Assembly: GCA_012862495.1 (NCBI GenBank) | Contig: BLSG01000378.1 | Coordinates: 177,863-216,376 of the forward strand | Length of the DNA: 38,514 nucleotides | Source of the DNA: Thraustochytrium aureum | Lineage: Eukaryota | Direction: 5' to 3' | Shown here: positions 1 to 9,856 of the stretch, in pieces | Layout: each line of letters starts with the position of its first letter | Position numbering within the stretch: the stretch's first letter is position 1 | Made by a program: the position numbers and the translations under genes | Notes under the pieces: generated by a model | Seen by the model: only the letters and a program-made list of their open reading frames with translations | Database searches by the model: none | What the model was told of the DNA's origin: nothing

Positions 1-407
1 TTCGGAGCTCTCGCGCACGAACCAACCTTCCGGATGGCGGGCATGCCCGAATGCAGCTACGTACTCTATCCACCGCTACCGAGCTCAGCAGCTGCTGGAT
101 CACATTGAACAAGCAACGCGCCGCCGCCAGTACAACCCCCAACCAGTTCACAGTTCAATTTTGGGCCTGGCAGACCTCGAACTCGACTGAACTCGACCGT
201 GTCGAGGTCCTTCTGACTGTGGCTGGCTGTGGCGCATCGTGGAGGAGGACGTCGTTCTCGTTGTAGTTGTCGGTGTCAGGACTCGGCACTGCATCTGCTG
301 CAGGCCGGCCCGCCGCCTGCCCATCCACGTTGTTGCCGCCAGCGCCGGGGTAAGACAAACGCGAGGTTTGTGCTGCCGTGGAGATCGTGGACGTGAAGGA
401 CGTCAGG

Positions 408-902
408 ATGAAGTTCGCCAAGGCGTGGTGGGCTGCTGTAGCCTTGGCAGGGGCGACGGCTGGGCGCGCGGCTGATGCGGCCGTGACAAAGTTCGTGTTT
501 GAAGGGACTGAGCCAGAAGGAGCCTGCGGCGCGGCCGACACGTGCGAAAACCAGTGCGCCGCGCTTGGGTTTGATGTGGAGGTAGTGGACAATTTTCTCA
601 CCGCGAGGCCTTCACAAGTCAATCCCGTCGGCTGCGACTGCTGCACCCTTGCAGGCTTGGGGTCTGACGGCAACGCTGTCGCGAAAGGAAGCAAGTCGTA
701 CCAGACCACCAGCCAGGACTGCGGCGACTCGAACGGCGTCCGTCGGCTTGCTCTTGTCTCTGAGACGGCCATGACGCTCCACGAAGGCACCTGCATCCGC
801 TCGTTTCTCGCCGTGACTGAGGCGCCTAGCGCGGCTGCGACCAACGCAGTGTCGGCCCTGACCGCCTCGGCAATTGCCGCTCTGCTTGTCTTCAGCTACT
901 AG
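408..902 (+). CDS. Small secreted Cys-rich protein, probably GPI-anchored
   Basis: ATG at 408 gives MKFAKAWWAAVALAGATAG (signal-peptide-like). The mature region has several Cys (CGAADTCENQC, GCDCCT, QDC, GTC). The C-terminus has small residues followed by a hydrophobic tail with no cytosolic extension (AAATNAVSALTASAIAALLVFSY-stop). Confidence 0.7.
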   Translation: MKFAKAWWAAVALAGATAGRAADAAVTKFVFEGTEPEGACGAADTCENQCAALGFDVEVVDNFLTARPSQVNPVGCDCCTLAGLGSDGNAVAKGSKSYQTTSQDCGDSNGVRRLALVSETAMTLHEGTCIRSFLAVTEAPSAAATNAVSALTASAIAALLVFSY

Positions 903-1116
903 CTGGAGCGGGAGCGCGCTTGGTCTCGCGCGGGCGCCGCGAATGTGCTATCCTACTTGCCCAAAGGAATTGCTGTTTTTGTTTTGACTACCGTACACTT
1001 GCTCGCCGTGCCGCGCAGCGCAGGGGCCGCCGCGTTGCCAAGGAAGCAGTTGACCGAGGACTCTTCGCTTCCATCAACTGGAGGTTCGTCCACGTGGCGC
1101 AGCTTCCTCGATTCGA

Positions 1117-3026
1117 TCAAGCACTGTGCGCGGCCATGCCCGGGCTTCCCGGGGCGGCAGGCTGTGCAGGCCCCGCCTGTTGATGCGGCGTTGACGGCAA
1201 CGAAGGCAAGTCGGCGGGCACCGAAGGGTTGCCAGTGTGCGTGTTCGAGCGCGCGTGGAGCGGAACCCGGCGCGCCTCGGCCGCTTCCGAGTTGAGGCTC
1301 TTCTGCTGGTTGATGTGCGACTCGCGCTGCTTGGTCCGGTCCTCGAGGTCGCTTTGCAAGGCCACGATGCGCTGGAACACCTTGGTGCGCTCTTTGGCGC
1401 TCTTGAACCAAAGCGTGTACTTCTCCACAACGGGGCATCTCGGGCTGCGGCGCGGTGTGGGACCGTTTGTGCGAGATAGACGACCGCGCTGGCGAGCCAA
1501 GCACGGGGCGGGTCTCGGCTGCGCCTGCGCTGTTCTCCAGGGAGGACGAGGAGGAGAATGAGCCTTCATGCTGAACCTGCGCCGGCGCCGCCTCCGACAG
1601 GCCTCGCGTGCTTTGGCGCTCGATGCGCCCAGCCGCCTTGGCACCCTTGCGCTTGTCTTGCTTGTCGTTGCGAATGATCCGGATTCGCACTATGTCAAGC
1701 GGGAGGCGCTTCTGCGCCGCAGAAAAGGTCTCGTCCTCGTCCTCAGCAACAGCCGCCGCCGCCGAAGCCGATCCCGTTTTCGTCTCGCACTGCGCAGAAG
1801 CGTGGGAGGCAGCCGCCCCGGCCCCACCGCCGCCGCTGTTGCCAGAGTGCGAGGGAGGGATCGTTACCAGGATGCTCTCTAGCTCGAGCCAGAAACGAAA
1901 CTCTAGTCGGTCTCCCGTCGTCGCCTTGGCGATCAGGAGCACGTCAGTAAACAGGTAGCAGTCGCGCGGCTTCTTCTTGTACGGGGCGTGCCGCATCTCC
2001 TTCGTGGGCTTGGCCCCAGGGGTCTGGAAGCTGTAGTGCACCTTGCACTGAAACTCGTGCACGAAGCGGCGCCCCGGGGAAACCACCTGGAGCTCTGGGT
2101 CGTACTTGTCGAGCCCCTCGAGCTGGTTGGCGATTTCAAAGCTCTTCAGCGCGTTCTCCGCCTCGCGACCAGTCTGGTTCACTTGGTCGGCGATGCGCGA
2201 AACCGCGTTGGCGGCTGCCTGGATCTTGGAGTACATCGGATGTGACTCGTCCGTGCAGTCCAGGAGCCCGCGAAAGAAGAGCGGGTACTTGCAGATCCGC
2301 TGGACAGGCTTGATCAAGTAGTCGCCGAGGTCAAGACCCTTGCAGTCCTCGTGCGTGGCTGCCACGGCAAAAACTTGCGAAACAGCCTGTTGCTGGCGCG
2401 GCACTCCTCCATCACGTCGATGCTGTTTTCATAGTTGTTGGCGTACACCGAGTAGAACGCCTTGAACACGGGAAGCATGTTGGTAAACGCCTCCGCAAAA
2501 GCGCTGGCCAGGTCGTCGTCCTCCTTTTTCTCTGCGTTGTGCGACCCCATCGCGTCGTGCTCGATGCCGAGGTTGTTTTCTATGATGCGCAGCAGCTCCA
2601 TGTTGACCTCGAACAGCTGTGCGATGTTGCCAAAGATGGTCCCAATCTCTTTTTGGTCACGATCGGCGTCGGGTAGGTCTCCAGCGCGACTTGGAGCGGC
2701 AGCATGAACCGCGAGACCACAACGTGCAGCGAGTCCACGTAGTGTTGTTCTGTTTTTAGCATTTCCATGAAGAGCGGCCGCTGCTTGGAGTAGTCGGCCC
2801 GCATCCTGTTGAAGGAGGCAGCAGTCTTGAGCGCCGCGCGGCTCTTGCTCATTTCGCGCTTGTTCTTCTGCTCGCGGAGCTTTTTCATCCTCAGCTGCCG
2901 CCCAAGCTCGCAGGCCCCGAAAGCGGCATGGTTCATCCCCACGCGCTGCTGGGCTGCCACTTGGGCCTGGGCTGGCGGCGGGGCGCCGCCCTTGCCTGTG
3001 GAGCCAAGTGTTGCGGTTGACGCCAT
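1117..3026 (-). CDS. Rho guanine nucleotide exchange factor (DH-PH), reconstructed across three single-base frameshifts (~2652, ~2371, ~1433)
   Basis: DH motifs EMLKTEQHYVDSL, IFGNIAQLFEVNMELL, YSVYANNYE and DYLIKPVQRICKYPL. PH elements RDCYLFTDVLLIAK and YTLWFKSAKERTKVFQRI. Each frame switch falls in an A, T or C homopolymer run. Confidence 0.88.
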
Positions 3027-3731
3027 CTGTTTCTCTCCGCGCGCGGCTCGCAAACGGGCGTGACTGGGTCTCGATTCCGTCGCGCTGCTGCGAGATTCGC
3101 GCTTGGTTAGCGTTCGAGTCAAGTCGCGCAGCTTTGTATGCACCGAGATCCCCGCTCGAGCCAATATGTGCGAGGCCGACCCGCGACGCACGCCTCGTGC
3201 TCGCTGCTCACCGCTGGTCAGCCTTGGTAATCTGCGGGATCGCCAGCGGATTCGGGCTTGCAGGCCTTGTTAAACAACGACGCCAGGGAAATCGCGGTGG
3301 TACCAGACCTCTCCGACCGCCTTGCCTTGGTCGGGCCGTCAAACGCGTCGCCCGACTCTCTTCAGGTTGTGCAGGGTTTTCAACTTGCGGCTGGACCGTC
3401 CCACGCCAGGGTCGCGGTTTCGAGCGGCTCTTGTTCCAGCAAACAACATCGACCAACACGATCGTTTCGTCGCACCGATAAAGCAGCACACGCCATCAGG
3501 CTAGGCCGTGGATGAAGGTCTGCCTGCCCGCGGCGCCTACCTGCCTGCCTGCCTCGCTGTCTGTCTGTCCAAGGAGGATCCGCTCGCCCGCCCGCAGATG
3601 GGCATTCTCGAGGCAGCGAGCGATCGTTTTTAGCGTGAGCAAAGCTGAGACGTTGAGTGCCACACCCTGAAGCGCGGCGAAGCGTCCAAGCGCAAGACGC
3701 CTCCTGCTCGGCTGCCTATCCTCCCCAACGT

Positions 3732-5282
3732 TTAAGCAAAGCTTGTAGCAGCTGCCAGCAAGCCCATCGCGGCATTGACCGCCCGGAGNNNNNNNNNNNN
3801 NNNNNNNNNNNNNNNNNNNNNNNNNNNNNNNNNNNNNNNNNNNNNNNNNNNNNNNNNNNNNNNNNNNNNNNNNNNNNNNNNNNNNNNNNNNNNNNNNNNN
3901 NNNNNNNNNNNNNNNNNNNNNNNNNNNNNNNNNNNNNNNNNNNNNNNNNNNNNNNNNNNNNNNNNNNNNNNNNNNNNNNNNNNNNNNNNNNNNNNNNNNN
4001 NNNNNNNNNNNNNNNNNNNNNNNNNNNNNNNNNNNNNNNNNNNNNNNNNNNNNNNNNNNNNNNNNNNNNNNNNNNNNNNNNNNNNNNNNNNNNNNNNNNN
4101 NNNNNNNNNNNNNNNNNNNNNNNNNNNNNNNNNNNNNNNNNNNNNNNNNNNNNNNNNNNNNNNNNNNNNNNNNNNNNNNNNNNNNNNNNNNNNNNNNNNN
4201 NNNNNNNNNNNNNNNNNNNNNNNNNNNNNNNNNNNNNNNNNNNNNNNNNNNNNNNNNNNNNNNNNNNNNNNNNNNNNNNNNNNNNNNNNNNNNNNNNNNN
4301 NNNNNNNNNNNNNNNNNNNNNNNNNNNNNNNNNNNNNNNNNNNNNNNNNNNNNNNNNNNNNNNNNNNNNNNNNNNNNNNNNNNNNNNNNNNNNNNNNNNN
4401 NNNNNNNNNNNNNNNNNNNNNNNNNNNNNNNNNNNNNNNNNNNNNNNNNATGCACTGTTTGAAAAGCATGTGGCGGTCTGCCATGCGGAGCACCTCGTCG
4501 TACTGGACGTTGACCTCGTGCTGCCCCACGCCGGTCTCGCCTTTTGAGTTTTCGACGGGGATGCCAGAAGCGCGCAGCGCGGTACGAACCGCGCGGTGGT
4601 ACGGCTCGGTGCGATACCCCTGCAGGATATGGTAGTCCTCCGAGTAGTACCCAGCAGGCTTGAGGTTGGCATACCCCTTGGCGTGGGCTTCGGGAAAGCT
4701 CTCCTGGAAAAGGTAGTGCTCGAGCTCGGAGGCGGCTTTGATCTGCCCGATTTGCTCTGCCTCCGGCTTGCCTTCGTTGTACGAGAGTTTGGCGAGCCGC
4801 CGCAGCTGCGTCTTGAGAACAGACCTGGGCGCGATAGGAACAAGCTCGTGCGTTTCTGTGTCGTGCGAGTCGCACATCACAATCGCCGTGCCCTCGGCCC
4901 ACCCGCAGACGGTGAGCGAGTCGAGGTCGGGAACGAGGTGAAAGTCCCCAAACCCAGTGCCCCAATTGGCGTACTCAAAGCCCGGGAGCGGGTTCATGGC
5001 CACGTCCACGGCAAAAGTGTACGAGCACGAGTGCGCGCCGTTCTTGGCCGCGTTTAGGATAAAGTCGGTGGCATCATAGCGCTTGCCCAACAGCCGCCCG
5101 TACAAGTCCGGATACGCGACCACGACAGTGTCCACTTTGCTATCCTTGAGCTTCTTCTCCATCTCGCCGAGCTTGGCCAGATCCACGCTGCTGAGCGCCC
5201 TCGCGGTCCCAGCAGCCGCGCGCCGCGCGTTTGCCGACGACGTTGCCCGTCGCATGAGCGGCCGACCGAGCACGCCCGCCAT
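3732..5282 (-). CDS. glnA: Glutamine synthetase-like gamma-glutamylamide synthetase (actinobacterial GlnA4/PuuA-type); C-terminal half lies in the gap 3789-4449 and the stop position is uncertain
   Basis: GS-family motifs DTVVVAYPDLYGRLLGKR, ANWGTGFGDFHLVPDL, PRSVLKTQLRRL, ELEHYLF and KGETGVGQHEVN. The N-terminus MAGVLGRPLMRRATSSANARRAAAGTARALSS is Arg/Ala/Ser-rich with no acidic residues, resembling a mitochondrial presequence. Confidence 0.88.
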   Translation of the reverse strand: MAGVLGRPLMRRATSSANARRAAAGTARALSSVDLAKLGEMEKKLKDSKVDTVVVAYPDLYGRLLGKRYDATDFILNAAKNGAHSCSYTFAVDVAMNPLPGFEYANWGTGFGDFHLVPDLDSLTVCGWAEGTAIVMCDSHDTETHELVPIAPRSVLKTQLRRLAKLSYNEGKPEAEQIGQIKAASELEHYLFQESFPEAHAKGYANLKPAGYYSEDYHILQGYRTEPYHRAVRTALRASGIPVENSKGETGVGQHEVNVQYDEVLRMADRHMLFKQCXXXXXXXXXXXXXXXXXXXXXXXXXXXXXXXXXXXXXXXXXXXXXXXXXXXXXXXXXXXXXXXXXXXXXXXXXXXXXXXXXXXXXXXXXXXXXXXXXXXXXXXXXXXXXXXXXXXXXXXXXXXXXXXXXXXXXXXXXXXXXXXXXXXXXXXXXXXXXXXXXXXXXXXXXXXXXXXXXXXXXXXXXXXXXXXXXXXXXXXXXXXXXXXXXXXXXXXXXXXXXLRAVNAAMGLLAAATSFA

Positions 5283-5301
5283 CTTGGCCCCAACGCAAAC
5301 G

Positions 5302-5352
5302 CAACAACAACAACGACGACGACCACGACGACCACGACGGCGGCGGCGGCGA
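5302..5352. repeat. Compound trinucleotide microsatellite (CAA)n(CGA/CCA)n(CGG)n just upstream of the GS-like start codon
   Basis: Directly visible: caacaacaacaacgacgacgaccacgacgaccacgacggcggcggcggcga. Confidence 0.75.
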
Positions 5353-5764
5353 CGGCGAGCCTNNNNNNNNNNNNNNNNNNNNNNNNNNNNNNNNNNNNNN
5401 NNNNNNNNNNNNNNNNNNNNNNNNNNNNNNNNNNNNNNNNNNNNNNNNNNNNNNNNNNNNNNNNNNNNNNNNNNNNNNNNNNNNNNNNNNNNNNCCAACA
5501 GTGTCGCGATTGCCAAAGCGAACGCTGCCTTGCGCGCACGGCGTCGTCAACGAGCTCGTGCGTTCAAATTGTTGTTTGTTTCTTCCTGATTGTCGTAGAA
5601 AAGCTGAAAGGCTGGCATGCCCGAGCGCTGCGAGCCGAGTGCCAACGCGCATCATGCCAACATCAGTATGTCAAAGTACTACAAGTACAGAAGGTACTCT
5701 ACGTACCTACTGTCAAGACCAATGAATTGCAATAGCAGGGAGGAAGGTTGGGCGATGCGCGTGC

Positions 5765-8700
5765 CTATGCGACCCGCCCGAAAACATGGAGCGAGACGAT
5801 CTCGCCGGCGCGCCAGGTCGTGAGCGAATCGCCCGGGTCCCTCGCCTTGCAGGGACTCGCCGGAGCGTCGATGCGCTCCAACAGCTCGAGGCCGCCTTCC
5901 GACGCCCACTGAGCGATCGCCTCTGGAGGCCGCAACCCGAGGCGCTCCGCGAGATCTGACATGATGAGAAAGGCGCGCCCGCCCTCCCGCAACCGCGCCC
6001 CGGCACCATGCAGGAATCCACGAAGCATGCTGCTGTCCGGGTCAAAAACACCCAAGTCGGCAACAACTTTAGGCGTGCCAGGCAGCCATGGCGGGTTGCA
6101 AACAATGACGTCTGCCGCGCAAAGCTCGGGCCCCGGGAACAGCGAGGCCTCGAGCACCTCAGCGCGGCCCTCGTCAAAGCCGAGCCGAGACAAGTTCTCC
6201 TGGGCACACAGAACAGCTCGCGGGGCGATGTCGGTCGCAACGACGCGACCAACGCCGCGCTGAAGCAGCATCGCGGCGAGGACGCCAGTGCCTGTGCCAA
6301 TGTCAAACCCCACACCTGCCGGCCCCAGCGCGGCCGGCGGCAGGCGCGCACGCGCCACCAAGTCCAGATAGTCTTCCCTAGTTGGTGGAAACACGCCATA
6401 GTGCGGATACACGCGCGCGTCCGCGCCAAGCGCGCGAAGCGGCACGCCGTCGCACTGGCGCCGAAAAGACGCCATTACAGCCTGCAGGTGGTGGACCGGG
6501 AGCAGGAAGGGCTCGGCCGCCGCGCGCTCAATTCCAAACGCCGCCTCGCATGATCGTGCAAAGGCCTCCGCGTTCGGGGCGCGCCGATTCTCCAATGTGT
6601 ACCCCGGGCCGACGCGCATCCAGAGCGCGTCCTTGACAAGGGCAACATGCTCCGAGATGCTCCGATGAGCCGCGAAGAGCTCGCGCGGCGTTGCAGGCTC
6701 GGCCGTGGGCACGAGCCGAGCACTGCCTTCGCTCAGCGCCCGCCTCCCGAGCTTGGCGCAGTACCTGGTGGCATGGTGAAAGTCGCCGAGAAACACAAAC
6801 GCGGTGCCCTGTTGCAAGCTCTCGTACGCGGCTCGCGCGAGACGTTGATACGAAACTTGCGCACGGACGACGGCTCGCGCGGCTCCAGCTGCGTCGACCG
6901 GACCACCAAGCGCTGACCCCTCGAGGTCCACGACCACCGGCTGCCTCGCGCGCTGCTCCGAAGGCACCGCTCCGCCGCCGCTCAGAGCGCGAGAGGCCGC
7001 TCGCACCGGCCCAAGACGCCCGCCAGCCCGCCGCGCGCAGCCAGCAGCACCTGCCAGCGGCGCGCCCATTTCGCGCGGTCCGAGCCACCCTTTTCGACCT
7101 GCTCGGCCAAATGTGCCTCGAAATGCGCCCTCCAAACGTCCAAGCTCGCCAGGCTGCAGCCAGTGCCCTGGGCGAGCGTCTCGCAGAGCTTGTCGACCCG
7201 CAGGCGGCGCCCGACGTGGACGGCTGCGCCGTCCCAGGCCGGCGGCGCGGTGCTGCTGGGAGGGCGCGAGCAGGCCATGGCGGCGCCGATGCGCTGCTCG
7301 CTGGCTGCCGCCAGGTCGAGGGAGCGGGGCGGCGAGCGCAGTCGCCAAGTCGTCCACGTGCGCCCAGGTGCAGTACGACGCCTCGGCGCCTGCTGCGGCG
7401 AGGTTCGGAAGACAGCCGAGCTCTGTTACCGAGGTGGCCAGGAGGTCGACGAGCGGCATACTGTGCGCGGCCTCGAGCACAACGCCGATGGCGCGGCCAG
7501 AGACTAGGCTAGACGGCGGCGCGAGCATGGAGGGGCGAAGCACGGCGCCGTGCAGGCCGCGCTTGAATGCAGCAAACACAAGCTGCTCGGCCACCCACTT
7601 GGTCTGCACGTACCCCTCGTACGTGCCGCCGTAGACGCCGCGCGTGTGCATGGAGGCAGCCGACTCGAGCGGCAGCGGTGCCGCTGGCCACTCCGCCACG
7701 CCCTCCGCAAACGGTGTGCCCACCGGCGGGAACACCGCGCTCGTGGAGNNNNNNNNNNNNNNNNNNNNNNNNNNNNNNNNNNNNNNNNNNNNNNNNNNNN
7801 NNNNNNNNNNNNNNNNNNNNNNNNNNNNNNNNNNNNNNNNNNNNNNNNNNNNNNNNNNNNNNNNNNNNNNNNNNNNNNNNNNNNNNNNNNNNNNNNNNNN
7901 NNNNNNNNNNNNNNNNNNNNNNNNNNNNNNNNNNNNNNNNNNNNNNNNNNNNNNNNNNNNNNNNNNNNNNNNNNNNNNNNNNNNNNNNNNNNNNNNNNNN
8001 NNNNNNNNNNNNNNNNNNNNNNNNNNNNNNNNNNNNNNNNNNNNNNNNNNNNNNNNNNNNNNNNNNNNNNNNNNNNNNNNNNNNNNNNNNNNNNNNNNNN
8101 NNNNNNNNNNNNNNNNNNNNNNNNNNNNCCACATGTTTGGCGCGCTGCCCCTCCCCAGCGAGTTTGCGACTGCGACACGGGCGGCCGCTTGCCACTCGGC
8201 GCCAAAGGCGGGCCGCGTGTCACCATCAAGCACCACGCAGGCCACAAGGTCGGTGAACGGACCGCCGCTTTCCCTGGCCCAGGGCACCACCGCACAGTCC
8301 AGAACACCGGCGACTTGCGAGCGCACTGCCCGCTCGCACTGTGCGATTGAAACGGGCGCCCCGCGTACCTTGATCTGGTCGGCTCGGCGGCGCGCCCAAG
8401 GATCTCGAGCCGCCCATGCTCGTCCAGGCGGCCAGTGTCCTTGGTGTCAAACGCTCTGAGCGGGGCGGAGTCGCTCGAGCGTCGAAAATCGACGAAGGCG
8501 GCCGCGGTCGCCGCCGGATCTCCAAAGTAGCACAGGGCAAGCGTGTCGCCCGCAATAAGGACGGTGCCCCACGCCCCAGGCTCGACCTCGCGGCGCTCTT
8601 GGTCGACGACGAGGACCTTGGTGCCGTCCAAAACGCGGAGCGCAAATCTCGGGGAGCCGTCTGGACCAAGCTCGAGCTCGCCCAGGGCGACGTCGTGGCA

Positions 8701-9709
8701 TTCGCTGAGAGAAAAGAGGTTGACGACCCGGCCTCCCGGGGCTAAGCGCTGCTGGGCCGCCGCGGCGACGCGTGGGTCGGCCACTTCGCCGCACAGCGTG
8801 ATCACTTTTAGGCTGCCAAGGAGGCTCTGGCTGTCTCCGGCGACGATCTTGGCGAGCAGCGAGGGGGTTAGCATAAGCCGATTGGCCCCGGTCCGCCGAA
8901 GCGCAGCGGCAAGCGCGCGTGGGTCGGCAAGCGCGGCGTCGCTCAGCATTGCGGAGGCCGTCCCGCTGACAAGCGCCGAGGCGAGGTCCCAGATGCCGAA
9001 AAGGTTGCAGCCGGTCACGTCGTCCTCGTCGAACGGCACCAGCCCGTTTCGGGCGCTGTGTGAGATGACCGACCCGACTTGGTCGCATAGAACTGCCTTC
9101 GGGACCCCGCTCGTGCTAGCCGAGGTAAATATGAGGTGCGCGGGGCGCTGAAGCGCAGAGCTGCCAGCGCCGTGCCTGGTGTGCCGCTCAGGCGCACCAG
9201 CGTTGGTCCCGAGCTCTATCAGCGAGTCCACGCTCTCGGTGATATCTTCGTCCTTGCTCGTTGCGATAACTAGGGCCGCACCAATACCCGTTGTGATTCG
9301 CAGGAGCGCCTCCGAATCCGTGTTGGGCCCCACCGGGGCAAAACACGGCGCCTGCGCGCAGGATGCCGAAATAGGCCACAGCAAGCTGCCACGAGCTTCC
9401 GAGAGCGCAGACGACGATGCGATCGAGTGCCTCGGCCCGGGCGCCAAGTCGTAGCTCCAGTCCTGCGCAGAGCGCTGCGCTTGCCGCACGTAGCGCCGCG
9501 AACGAAATCGAGTTCCCTGGCCTCCTCGTGGCCGCCTCGGCGCCAGCGCTCATCCTCGCTCTCTCCCAGGCTGCCATCTCGGCCGGTTCAAGGCCGACGA
9601 TGGCGTTCCGTTCGTCTTTGCCTCGCCATTGCCGTTCAATCAGCTCCCACAGCGACTTGCACGGCGGCAACATTGGGCAAGACTCGGCGGCCTCCTCGCC
9701 AACCTGCAT
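5765..9709 (-). CDS. NRPS-like enzyme: adenylation domain - (carrier domain probably in gap 7749-8128) - thioester reductase - class I SAM methyltransferase; frameshifts at ~9340, ~8385 and probably ~7327/~6990
   Basis: A-domain motifs: IFTSASTSGVPKAV (A3), MLTPSLL (A4), LCGEV, NLFSLSECHDV (A5), GTVLIAGDTLALCY (A6), FDTKDTGR (A7), GR..DQIKVRG (A8). R-domain motifs: STSAVF and GYVQTKWVAEQLV...VLRP (YxxxK). Methyltransferase motifs: HYGVFPPTR, FDIGTGTGVLA, ATDI and VCNPPW. Confidence 0.85.
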
Positions 9710-9856
9710 CCTGAAGTCGCACCTTCTGGCGAGGCAATCGCAGGGCCAGGACGCCTCGCTCGACGCCTGGCGCCCGCCCGCCTGCCACGCTGGCTGTCTG
9801 GTTGGCTGTCTGGTTGGGGGTCTGCCCGCCTCCGTGTAGCTAGCAGATGTGGTGTT

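Noticed and set aside
3732..3788. LRAVNAAMGLLAAATSFA as the true C-terminus of the GS-like protein
   Set aside because: The frame across the N gap is arbitrary and the text lacks the expected VTDWE..RYF-type ending, so the real stop is probably inside or at the edge of the gap.
5668..5710. GTAC-rich, AT-richer patch; aaggtactct recurs at 33303-33312
   Set aside because: Only a 10-bp match with no flanking similarity. More likely an ordinary 3'-end/intergenic composition shift.
3500..9709. Bacterial contaminant contig or operon
   Set aside because: The genes carry a eukaryotic targeting presequence and microsatellite-containing intergenic DNA like the neighbours. Composition is similar, and they are scaffolded with clearly eukaryotic genes. 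Gaps on both sides mean long-read confirmation is still desirable.
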